A stretch of DNA of 64,000 nucleotides from Marsupella aquatica (Eukaryota > Plantae > Marchantiophyta). A model generated the notes under the pieces. That model was not told the origin of the DNA, ran no database searches, and saw nothing but the letters and a program-made list of their open reading frames with translations. Of this stretch, positions 53,414 to 64,000 are shown one piece after another (the stretch's first letter is position 1; each line of letters starts with the position of its first letter). The translations under genes were made by a program, and so were the position numbers. The stretch covers positions 10,749,832 to 10,813,831 of the forward strand of contig OZ316897.1 in the NCBI GenBank assembly GCA_973895155.1, given 5' to 3'.

Positions 53414-54062
53414 ATGGCTAGATTTGGAGGAGTGAAGGTTGAGGTGGAGAAGTACGATGGTTGTACTGATTATTTGCTGTGGGAGAAGCAAGTGAAGGGT
53501 GTTCTACGGGCCATGGGCTTAGCTCATCTGCTTTCTTCGCGAGAGCAATATGATGGAGAGGAGGAGATTTTTGTGAAGCACTGGAGACAGGAGCAGGTGA
53601 TTGCTATCAATGCACTGATACTATATCTCAAGCCGCACATCATCAAGCAGCTGGATGATTATGCGGATTGCGCGTCACTATTCAAGGCTCTAAGAGAGAA
53701 GTACTACTGGGAAGATGTGTCAGACCGGCTATACAAGAAATCTCTCTTGATGAGCCTCAGGCTCAAGGAAGGGAGCAAGTTGCATGATCACCTGGATAAA
53801 TTTGACAGTCTAGCGGTGGATCTGTCAAACCTGGGAAAATGAGTTGAAGATGAGGATAAGGCCTTGCTTTTGCTAAGCTCCTTATCGCCATCTTATCAGG
53901 GCTTGAAACAGGTGCTCTTGTATAGAGATCTGAAGTTTATTTCGTATAATGAGGTGGTGAGCTCTTTACTGTCTGATTATGCTTAGAAGAAACTGGGTCA
54001 ATCACAAACAGCACCTTCTTCTGGCACTGTGCTGAATGTGAATCGTGGGAGAGCAGCGCAGC
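53414..54062 (+). pseudogene. Copia gag, 5' part (in-frame stops)
   Basis: VEKYDGCTDYLLWEKQVKGVL; LRLKEGSKLHDHLDKFDSLAVDLSNLGK*VEDEDKALLLLSSL (UBN2-type gag). Confidence 0.88.
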
Positions 54063-57000
54063 TGTGACATGGGTAACGTGTCACTCAACCAAATCCAGGT
54101 CGTAGAGTAGGTCTTATACGGTCGTTAGGACCGTAGCCGTAGTATAGGATAGCACGTATAGCCGTCTGTTGCCTTTATGAATAGATTAGGAGTAGGTTAA
54201 GTTGACCGAATGATTACGAGTTGAGGAGGAGGATTATTACGTGCGACCGAGGTACGATGACGGTGGCGGAGTAAAAATCCGTTTAAAGAATCACGCTTGG
54301 ACCGAGGTGCCGACTTCAGCTCATTATCAATGACCAAAACGGCCTGGTCTTCTCACACTCGGGCTCATCTTGGCACCTCCATAAGAGAGGAGCCGATGGC
54401 ACTGCGGGCCATTTGCTCATTTCTACCTTTTGGAATTTGCGGACGCTACCATTCACTCGCCTTTTTGGCTCGAATCAAGCTGACCTTTGCAAGGAGATTA
54501 TCAAGGGATAAGAGCGGAATGTGGCAAGATTTAGTTAGGACGAGCAACGCCTCCACAAGCACGAGGACCAGCCGGGTGGGAACGCGGACTCGACAAACCG
54601 GACTACAAGGTTAGTATGACCCTTACAGCCTTGGGATTTTGGACCTTGTTTGGCAAGGTAGGTGCTAAGTTCTCCGAGACTTACTGGTACTCTTGTCCCG
54701 AGAAAGCCGCTTACGAACGAAGATACGCAAAGCTGGTGGCCAAGGTAGCACTGGTTAATTGCGAGAAGACAGCCATCACCAGGGATTCAGCTACAATGAG
54801 CTGCGAGACTACATCACCAAGCTATATCTCAGCGAGGAAGGGCTTAGATCGGTAGCAGAGGCGATTCTTGAGGTCCCAGCAAAGTTCTTTAGGTTGAAGG
54901 GCAGCCAGCGGCTTACTCAAGCGGAGTTCGACAAGATTCCGGGGTACCTAGACCAGCAGATTGCAGCCGAAAAGTGCCAAGAAGACATCAGCAGACAACG
55001 AGAAGCGGCGCGTAATCTTACTTTCCTCGGGGAAAGTTCCAACGCCTTCGACTTGGATATGGCCACCCCAACACCACCAGCACCTCAGCCGATGACCACC
55101 GGCGTACCGCCGAACCGGTCCCAAGTCCGACCAATGATCAACACAGAGTGTTCTTCGGGTTCCGAGCGAGTTAGCCCGCAACTCAAGCAGCGTTCTCATA
55201 AGCGGCCAAGGACGATGTCGGCACCCAAATCAACAATGCAAACCAATGTCGCGCCTACACCTACCCCAAAAAACCCTCTAGCCAACCAGACCCGACGGCC
55301 CCCGGATAACCCAAAGTCCAACTTATTACAGGTAATCCGCGTCCCCGAAGTAGTCTGGATCGCGATCAAGAAACTCGACCATGCGGACTATCTCAAGGAG
55401 CATCAGTTGGAGTAGTTCGCTCACTTGCTAAGGAGGCCGTGCGCCGCCAGGCCAAAGGAGATTTGTGAGTTCATCTCCAATTTTGACACGGACGCATCAA
55501 CCACCAAGGTTTCGGGATAGGTTTTATCACTCACGGAGCATCGGTTAACGCAAATCTTCTGCCTACCAACTGGGCCGGTGCCGGTTGAACTCCGAATTCG
55601 GGATAAGGAGTATACACCTCAGCACTTCAAACCCGAGGGTAAGATGGACAATGGATACAAGCAGGGGTCGTGCACCAACTTAATCTGCATGGAGCGGCTT
55701 AACTTCATACGGACTACCCTACACATGATTGAGCCACGATCCAAGATCTCCCTCTGCACGATCGTGCAGGTGGAACAGTACAAACGGCGGAACTGGGCCC
55801 AATTCTTTTACCAAAGATTCTCAGGGGAGCTGAAGCGGGCTCAGGGTGGTATGGCTATTCGGGGGAAGACTTACTTGGGAAGTCATATCGCCATCATCCT
55901 TGCCTGGTACAAGGCACGGCGGGAGGCCAGAGGAAAGAATATGGCCACCTCAGCCCCGACTAATGTCACCCCCGCCCCAGAGGAGGCAACCCCAAGCGCG
56001 CGGACTATCGCTCCTCGGCCAAACCCCAAGCCGGAGGCCCCGACTAATACTCCGTCACCTCCTCTTGTTGAAATTCCGCCACCCCTTTCCGTCGAGCCTC
56101 CACCACCTGAAGAAACCTTCCCCTCCCCACCGCAGACTACGGAGGAGATCGTTGCCCCGTCCGAGGAGCCACCGGTACCCGAGAGGATGGAGGACTACCA
56201 AGTAGCCCCGGGGACCATGGCCTACGACCTGGTCTAGAAGTTTAGCCAGACTATGTCTGGGGAGCTGGCGACGTACATCGGACAACAAGTCGCGGCGTAC
56301 TTTCAACCAGCCTTCTTCATGTTAGAGCACCAACCACGGATCGTGAGCCGCTTGGAAGAAGAACTCATGGCGAAGGGGAATGAGATTGGGCGCCTCCAAA
56401 TGCTGGTAGAGCACCTCGAGGAGGAGGCCACTACCCGCCGTGAGGAGTTAGTCCACACCGTCGAACAGAGGGACGGACTAACACAGGAGTTGAGCGGAGT
56501 GCAAGCAGATCTCAAGAAGTTGGACGACACCGTGCGTCAATTACGCTCAGAATCTTTGGCTCGGGTTACCAGCTTGACCGACCTCAACAAACAGTTCCTG
56601 CAGGCAGCTCAGCAGGTAGCTAGTCTCTCCACCAAACGGGATAAATTGCTGGCGTAGGACCAGACCCATCGTGACTCCATTAACCAGCTCAACCTGGAGG
56701 TAGCGTGGCTCCAGACAAAGGCCGATGAAGCTGCAAACGAGGCGGAGGAGGCGGTGCGGGACAACAAGGCCTTGCAGGATTGCGTTGCCCTGCTTGTCCT
56801 CCAGCGGGGAAAACCTGGGCCCACCTCTGATCAAGGCGGCTCGAGGTCTCGCCCCGACAGGGGGACAAACTCTGGTCCGACCACAGCACACACGTAAGGG
56901 GTGGTTAGCGAAGGGTGGAAGCAGGCGCCGCGCGAGGCAGTTGAGTCAGCGGCATCTTTTGGTTAAGCATAACGATAGAATAGCTGTCATTAAGTGCCGA

Positions 57001-57865
57001 TTAGCGGCAGTAGGAAGAATTAGGGCCGGATCAGTTAGGATCAGCCAACGTAGGATGGAGTCCATCAACAGACTAGATTTTTGTCAGTAGGCTTGGTCCT
57101 TGCCATTTCGGTCAGCACCCTTGTCGTCAACGGTCAACCAGTCAGAGCGGGCGGCCGTTAGTCAGTAGGTAGTATCCCGGAAGGTAGTATCCTCCTGTTC
57201 TCTTCCGCAACTGTAGTATTTAGGCTTCCCCTTCCGCTATGGAAGGGGGAGAAGGCTTAGTTATCTCGGCAGAAGAAAAGGCAAGACACGGGGAGTCCCG
57301 GCCGGAGTAGGGTCAGAGCGCACCAAGGAGTGAGAGCCAGAGTTGAGCTTGCTGGGCAAGTGCGAGGTGGGGCCTCGTAGAGACTGGGCATTGACTGCCG
57401 TTGGGCCTGCTGACCCCCTTAGAAGTCAAGTCAACCATGTAAATTGATGTTTCGCTGAGTAAATATAGTCTTTTCCCTCTAATGTTTCCGCGAGTAACTG
57501 GTGTTGTGTGTATGCTTTGTCTAGGCAAAGGCGCCATTTCAAGGGACGTACCGGGTGCGGACTAATGGTAGGGATTGCCACTCATCGCATGTCACAAGGT
57601 TCTATCGCATCGATGGCTTGAAAGCCCCAAGCCGGGAGTTAGTCCGAGTCACTAACTAAGGGAAAATTCCAGCGGTGGAAAACAAATATACCTATGACTA
57701 GTACGAATTATGTAAGTGTTATACCAGTAAGTTTATCGACTTAGCCCGACTTAGGGCTAAATGGGGCCACTATACACCTCCTTGCTCGAACCCTCACCCC
57801 TACTGGTGGTCGAGGTTGTGCCATGGAACTAAACTGGATTTAAGGCCCAGGTTAGGGATGCGACA
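54063..57865 (+). mobile_element. Element B: 3.8-kb solo-LTR-like insertion (TGTGAC...CGACA, 5-bp TSD GCAGC) with an internal ORF
   Basis: TSD GCAGC at 54058-54062 and 57866-57870. Removing the element restores the Copia gag frame (NRGRAAQ|QHSNGQNRFRSTSRGRS). No internal direct repeats or pol seen. Confidence 0.9.
54759..56897 (+). pseudogene. Element B ORF (about 710 codons, one frame with internal TAG stops): N-terminal domain, PMD-like domain, Pro-rich linker, coiled coil
   Basis: ORFs starting at 54759, 55578 and 56253 are all in the same frame. EFISNFDTDASTTKVSG*VLSLTEHRLTQIFCLPTG; NWAQFFYQRF; YLGSHIAIILAWY. Confidence 0.8.
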
Positions 57866-58201
57866 GCAGCACTCAAATGGGCAGAACAGGTTTAGATCTA
57901 CATCACGGGGGAGATCTAAATCTAGAGGGAAATCGCAAGAGAGGAAGCCTCTTGCATGTTGGAATTGTGGCAAGCCTGGCCACATGAAAAAGGATTGTCG
58001 AGTAAACGTCCTTGCTGCATCTGCTAACACGGTATCGAGCTTGCATGAGGTAGATTTACTCGATGATGATGACATATTGTGATGTCAAGGTTATGCTCTC
58101 AACGTAGTGTCAAATCCAGGTAGTGATGATTGGATTCTAGATAGTGCATGTACTTTTCACATTTGCTCTAGGAGAGATTTTTTCAGTTCTTACACGGTTT
58201 C
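57866..58201 (+). pseudogene. Copia gag zinc knuckle and start of protease
   Basis: CWNCGKPGHMKKDC (CCHC) and DWILDSACTFHICSRRDFFSSY. Confidence 0.9.
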
Positions 58202-60901
58202 TGTGATGCCTAGCCAGGAATCACTAAGCCCGGTTTACATGGTAAGCAGGAGTGTACCCTGGAAACACCTTAGTATAGGACCAAAAACAAGGAAAATATA
58301 AACAATTAAGGGTGACTATGGAACCCGGGCCGAGGCCAGAAGTAAGGACGTCGGGGGAGAGAACACGATTAGGGTTAGGGCGCGCTAAGCGTCAGCGGCT
58401 AGGGGTGACCAACGGGAGGGGAGACCAGAGTAGGAGAGGCCGGGGTAAGGATCGCTCGCGAGGAATAGTGGCTTATTTGCAAGAACGAACTGGGTAGACG
58501 ACTACGGGAGGCCAAATGCTGTCAGCTGCTTAGACAAGCACTCGGGGTGGGAACAGATATCAATGATCGACTCAAGGAGGGTATGAGCAACATCAATCAA
58601 GCAGCACATTTTTGGGGATGCCTGTTCGAACGGGTAGGTGAGTACGTCAGGACTTACGAGGATGAAGAATCGGAGAGAGCAGCTCAAGAATGGCAGGAGC
58701 TTGCTCGGCTCTGGGAACTGCAGAAGACGGCTTGCTTAGGAGGAGAACTTATCAAGGCCGAGTTCTTGTGGACTCCTACTGCCAATCAGCTCGACGACCT
58801 TCTATTTTGCGAAAACAGAATCGTCGGCATCCGGGAAGCCATCAATCGCTGCAACGACCTACACTGGGAGTTGAAGGGTAACACGGAGGGGTGGACGAAG
58901 GCAATCTTGCTAGGAGAAACATCCATAGCAGCCGAGATGAAGAGGAAAGGAAACAACAACGAAGAGGCCACCCCGGCAAAAGAATGAGGTCGGCGGCACC
59001 TAGGAAGCCAGCAGAGCAGCCGAGCAGGACAAGGGGAGAAGCCGATGAGGAAGAGGTCGATCCCATCAATGCCGTTCCAACAAACGATGACACCTGGAAA
59101 GGCTGGGCGGCGACCCTACCGGAGGAAGTGCAATTACACTTTGCACGGGAGGAGGATGCATGCTTTAGAGCCATGCAGACCAAGAAGTACCAAGGCTTCA
59201 TGGCCGGATCCGGCTTGGAAGCCTTTGTAAGATTACCATGGCTGAAGCCGGAGGTGCCGAACTCAGACTTGTTAGAATTTGTGGGATCATGGGAACCCGA
59301 GACCAATTCCACGAGGGTGTATGGGAAGGATTTCTATCTCACTCCCCGGGTGATTGCTGAAGTGTTTGGCTTGCCGATGGGTAATAAGACCAAGGTTGAT
59401 ACCAAGAAGACCTTACCTGACAAGGAGTTTCGGTCGTTCCCAGGACCATCAACAAAGAATGGCTTCTTCCGGAGCACCTGCACCAACCCGCACATCGGAG
59501 AGATGATTGATTTCTTGCGAGTGACCATGCACTGTAACTTGTCGAGGGCAGAGATTGGCAAGGCTCAGGTCTACCTGGTAGAAAGACCAGACCCAAGCCG
59601 GGATTACAATGGGTACCTCCTCAACCAACTGAAAAAGATCTTGAAGGAGGAATAGCAGGTGATCGGCGTGGGAAGCGTGTCCCGGCTTGGCTATCACATG
59701 CCGCTATTGTGCCGGTATGCCAGAAGTCAAATCTTTGCCCCAGTACTTCCCCTATCGGCAAGGGCACCGGAGGAGGTCCCGGAGCAGAGGCCGGCACCAG
59801 AAAAGCCCAACCAGCCCGACAGTCCGACAATCGAGCAGGTGTTTAGGCCAAGGAAAGAAGACTTGCCGATGCAGCAACCAGGCATGCAAAATCTGCTGAA
59901 ATTGCTGGAGAAGGAAAGGAGAATGGTTCCGGCTCCGGCAACGGCAACAGCACCAATACAGGACGCTGCCCTAGAAGTCAACCTAAGCCGACTTAGAAGG
60001 GAAGACCCCTTTACCGGAACCAAGGAGAGATTGAGGCCGGAACACAAGCCGGGAGTGCAAATGTACGTGGGAGCCTCAAGCCCCAAATCTGAGGCAGAGG
60101 AGCCGGGCGTCCAAGTAGTGGAGGAGGCGGTGGAGGACTACAGCAATGATAACTCCGGCTATGGGTCGGATCATCATGTTCCAGGAGTAAGGACCTATGG
60201 CCGATTTATCCCCACACTTCCAAGAGTAGTTTGAGGGGACCCCACCCAGCAGAGTAACCCCGAGTCTCCCCCACCCGAGGTTGCTCCCCCGAGCTTTGAC
60301 GGCATAAAGCAGACGGCACAAGAATTTCAGGAGCGACTTAGGGAGGAAGAGAGAGCAGCCGTGGCTAGGGAGAAGGAATTATTAGGAGGAGATTAGCCGG
60401 AGGACATCAAGCGGCTTGCTAAGAAAAGAAGCAACCCTCTTGCCACCGTAGAAGAAATCCGCAAGACGGCTAGGGAGCAGAGGCCGTGGTGGTTGATGCC
60501 GATGACTTCTAGTTACTCCACCTATGCTAAGGATAGAGCCATGGAGTACGGGGAGATGTGTGGGGACCTGGCGCTCAGCATCTTTGGGGAGGAGTTGGAG
60601 CAGGGACCCTTTTTCCAAAGGGAGATGTTGGAAAAGTGTCACGTCATCAGCTTTGACCTTAACTCGGGCTTCAGCTTAAACGGGCACCTCCTTCGTAAGT
60701 ATGAGGGTTCGGGCAGGGAGGGAAGAGCGTAATGCACCTAATTCACGTAAACTAGCGCTAAGTGCGCCTACTGTTAGATACAGACATTTCCTAGGTATGG
60801 TTTATGTTCCGCCGCCGGAACGTACCTCAGTCGATAACAGGATTGACCCCGGCTTAAGGACTTCTAAGCCTTCGTGTTATCCGCCTTCCATCCGGATTCA
60901 A
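58202..60901 (+). mobile_element. Element C: LTR-like insertion into the Copia protease region; right end not in window (interrupted by element D)
   Basis: Copia homology stops at GTTTC|TGTGATG (58202). Internal ORF pieces 58547-60732 are homologous to those of B and D. Confidence 0.7.
58547..60732 (+). pseudogene. Element C accessory ORF (PMD-like), broken by a frameshift and stops
   Basis: FMAGSGLEAFVRLPW...LLEFVGSWEPETNSTRVYGKDFYLTPRVIAEVFGLPMG resembles the PMD consensus LVERWxPETHTF...TITLxDVxxLLGLP. KNGFFRSTC aligns with DNGYKQGSC (B) and DNGFVMRTC (D). Confidence 0.7.
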
Positions 60902-63900
60902 TGATACAGGTCCTCAACCCGTGCTCGCAACCACACACCCGCAAGCTGCACCCCGTGCACGACTCGGGTAGTGCGTTCGGCCCGGCGTTGCCACCTATAC
61001 ACGAGATTCACACACACATACACGCATACAAGCATACAACCTCGATTTACATGAAGGAAATAATGGGAAAGGATTTTACTACATAGTGGACATGTACGTA
61101 CACTTGGTTGACCCGACAGCTCCGGAATGAACAGGTTTAAGGCCGAGAGAGTATACTATAACGGAGCCCGGCTCCGCACTCGCTCGGCAAGCTTAGTCCT
61201 ACCCCCTCCCTTTGGTACCCTTTCACTCCCAGAGGACGGGACTCCCCGCACATACCACGGATGTCCAACTCTGAGACTAAAAACCCCCTGCCTCTACCGA
61301 GGGGTGCACTAAATACTAAGGGCCGGGGAACGGAGTGTCCTCCCGCCCAAAGATTTGCTGACTTAGGTCCTAACTAATCTGACTGTCAGGCCGAAAAACG
61401 GCTGTGTCTTATTAGAAGATCCCAATCTACGCATGCTGGACAACATGGCAGTGCTGCGGTAACTAAGGTAGGTGCCTGTCCCAATAGCCTGACTAGCTAC
61501 TCCTAACCCTATTCTACTCCTACTCCACCGCTAATGCCTGGCACGCTTGCCAGAGCCGCCCAAGTGGGAGCGGCCATCCTGCTGCTTACGAAGTCTGTCG
61601 TTGTCCGCCTTGAGGAGCTGGACCTGGTCCAGCAGAGATTCGTTCTCTCGCTTCACCGCGTCTGTCTCCTCCGCTGCCTCCTGGCATGCCTCCTCCAGCT
61701 GCTGGGCGTCGCTCGTCAACTTGCCCGCCAGCTGGTCTTGCTTCTCAACTTTGGTTTGGAGCCGTGCCACTTCGGCCTGTAGCGTGGCTATCTCCGCAGT
61801 GTCCCACTGGGCCCGTTCCTCGGCCTCCTCCAGGTCCTTCTGCTAGACGATAGTTTGATTCTTCAAACTGTCAATCTGGTTCCGGAGTTGTGCAATCTCG
61901 GCCTCGTTCCCAGCTTTGGCCTGCTCGGCTAGGGCGGTAAGGGCGTGCGCCTTTGCTAACAAATCATCGGCGGCTGCAACTTTGGGTCGTAGTTGCAGAA
62001 GCTCAGCCTCTTGAGCCGCAACTTTGTTCTTTAAGTATACGGACTCCACCCGGTACCGCTCTATCCTCTGAAGGGCCTCTGACTGGGCCCGACCTGCCTT
62101 TACTGCGGCAACTAACTCCTGATTGAAGAAACAGGCTACCTTTCGGGCCATGAACTCCCCGGTATCCCGGGCAATTTGATGAGAGAAATCTCCCAGAAGC
62201 CCGTTCAGAAATGTACCCGGTACGAAGAGTTTCGGGTGGTCCAGGTTGTGCCTGTCCGGAGTTGGGCACGGGCAGACGTCAACACGTGTGGGGGCCGGGG
62301 CAATGACATCCAGCCCTGGGGACGTAATGTTGAAAGGGGCTGGAGTGTCCTCCGGCGGTAATGTCCGGTTCTCCAGAATAGCCACCGGTGGGTCTTTGGG
62401 AGACCCGGGCTCGAGTAAGACCTCCGCCGTACCAACTTCTATACTTAGCCCGGCCTGTTGGATCGCATCCATGGTCGCGATAACCGATCCATCCGATACC
62501 TCCTCGGTTACGACTACAGCTACTTGTGGGGTGGGTGAAGCTTGCGTGTCCGCTGGACTTCGGGCCTCGGGTTGGGGCCGTCTCTCCAAGGCCGGGAAAA
62601 CCCACCTAGCTGGGACCAGCTTTGTAACGTTGACACGGGGAAGGGTTCGTTGATCAAATTGAGCGTACCACTCAAGAATGATCTTGATGTGGCTAGCAAA
62701 ATACGCGCGCCTTCCCGCCAATGTATAGCGTCTTCCTTCGCCGCTCCATCTCTTCATGGAATTTCTTAGCGAAGTACGATGCCCACTTCCTAGGTCGATA
62801 ATTCTCGACTTGGATACCCTGGGCGGCGGAGATCTCCCCCCGGGGTTCCATCATGTGGAGGGCGTACCTTTGGAACTCCAGTCGCTCAGCTATTTCGGGG
62901 ATAAGGCAGGTCCTCATCACGAACCCGTTGTCCACTGCTCCTTCTGAGGGAAAACTCGAGGATTGGTACTTGGCTCCCTTGCCCCCGGGAGCCCGTGATT
63001 CAACTCGATGGTCGCCTTCGGGTAATCCGAAGATCATCTTGAGCCGTTCTTCCGTGAGGGACATATTCCTTCCCCGCAGCCGAGTATGCTGACGTGCGTC
63101 ATCATAATTCTTGACGAATTCTATCACATCCCTCCCCGTAGTACCTGCAAGTGTTCCAGGGAAGAGCGACGAGGTGCTCGAATCCCTGAGTCTTCAGGTA
63201 CATCGCATGCTTGGGATGGAGGATGTTCTTATGCACGTTTTCCCCCATGCGGTGCATTGTTATCTTGGCCACGGCTACCGTGGCCAATGGTAACCCGGAT
63301 GCAGTGGCGGTTTCCTTCCTCTTCTTCCCTCGTGACTGGCTCGGGGAAGGTGACACCTCCCCATCCTCTTGATCGGGCATAGGTAGTGCTACCGCCATTA
63401 GTATTGGTCCCGGGGCGGCCACGATCACCGTGTTGTCTGCTGGAACCGCTCCTTGGGTCCGAGCATGGGGAGGGGACAATGTAGTGTCGGCCCCCTGAGT
63501 GGTTGCTCCTCTGGGCCACCTGAGCAAGGGTGGGGTAGCCTCGTCATCGTCGCTAAGGTCCACAGCGTTGATGACGGAGCATACTTGTACTGCTGGCAAG
63601 GCGATCGGCGGTGGGGGTTGGCTAGGCTGAGGCTGAGACTGAGACTGAAGCTGAGCCTGAGCCTGAGTCTGCGTTGGTGCGGGTACGGGTATGGGGTCCA
63701 CTGGGCTAGCGCCGGTGGTTGCGGGTCTAGTTCCCATGAAGCTCTGCAGGTGCTGGTAGAAGTTCTCCGAAGCAAGTGCGGACGACCTTGTCGAACGGGT
63801 AGTGCTGGACTCGTTGTTGATGATAGCCCAAACCTGAGTAGGGATGTGGTCGAAGTGATGTCGTTGCAAGTTGATCATACCCGGGATATTGAAGACCTCG

Positions 63901-64000
63901 TCCGGAAGCCGAAGCAATGCTTCCCAGAAACCGATATATTTGTCTCCATTGAAGAAGTACCCAGATACCTCTGCTGGTCGGTAAAGCTCGCTTTGAGACG
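60902..64000 (-). mobile_element. Element D: inverted LTR-like element nested in C, running off the window
   Basis: Candidate terminus TGATACAGG at 60902 (minus strand ends ...TATCA). AGTATTTA on the minus strand at 61310-61317. ORF homologous to that of B. Confidence 0.7.
61531..64000 (-). pseudogene. Element D accessory ORF (PMD-like plus coiled coil), two frameshifts and a TAG
   Basis: EALLRLPDEVFNIPG...FDHIP (B: EAILEVPAKFFRLKG...FDKIP); EFVKNYDDARQHTRLRGRNMSLTEERLKMIFGLPEG; LHMMEPR (B: LHMIEPR); YFASHIKIILEWY; EVARLQTK (B: EVAWLQTK). Confidence 0.8.

Larger units (their letters stand above)
40447..58201 (+). mobile_element. Decayed Ty1/Copia LTR retrotransposon, interrupted by three insertions; the remainder presumably lies beyond the window
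   Basis: LTR-like 40447-40790, PBS TGGTATCAGAGC, gag from 53414, CCHC knuckle at about 57957-57998, protease WILDSACTFHIC at about 58131. Confidence 0.85.

Overview
Eukaryotic land-plant genomic DNA. A liverwort or other bryophyte is inferred from the intron-containing, signal-peptide-bearing polyphenol oxidases. The left half (about 10.9-32.1 kb) is a tandem cluster of four secretory-type PPO genes arranged as two convergent pairs: three appear intact and one is a pseudogene. A violaxanthin de-epoxidase exon remnant lies between them. The right half is a transposon nest. A decayed Copia element (LTR and PBS near 40.4-40.8 kb, gag/protease at 53.4-58.2 kb) is interrupted by an 11-kb DNA transposon (41068-52042). 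That transposon has 11-bp CCCTGGGCCCT TIRs and a perfect 8-bp TSD, encodes a roughly 1530-codon P-element-like transposase (zinc-finger N-terminus, BAH-like C-terminus), and carries host gene fragments (RAF2/PCD-like and PPO-like). A 3.8-kb non-autonomous relative lies at 36137-39977. The Copia is also interrupted by multi-kb TG...CA insertions that look like giant solo LTRs. Each encodes a plant-mobile-domain-like plus coiled-coil protein; in three of the four such elements a shared AGTATTTA plus GC-rich hairpin motif follows the ORF. The four are 1516-6340, 54063-57865, 58202 onward and 60902 onward; the first lies outside the nest and only the first two have both ends and 5-bp TSDs in the window. 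The two strongest novelty candidates are these ORF-encoding giant LTRs and the cargo-carrying P-like transposon family. All family assignments come from motif recognition by eye; no database search was run.
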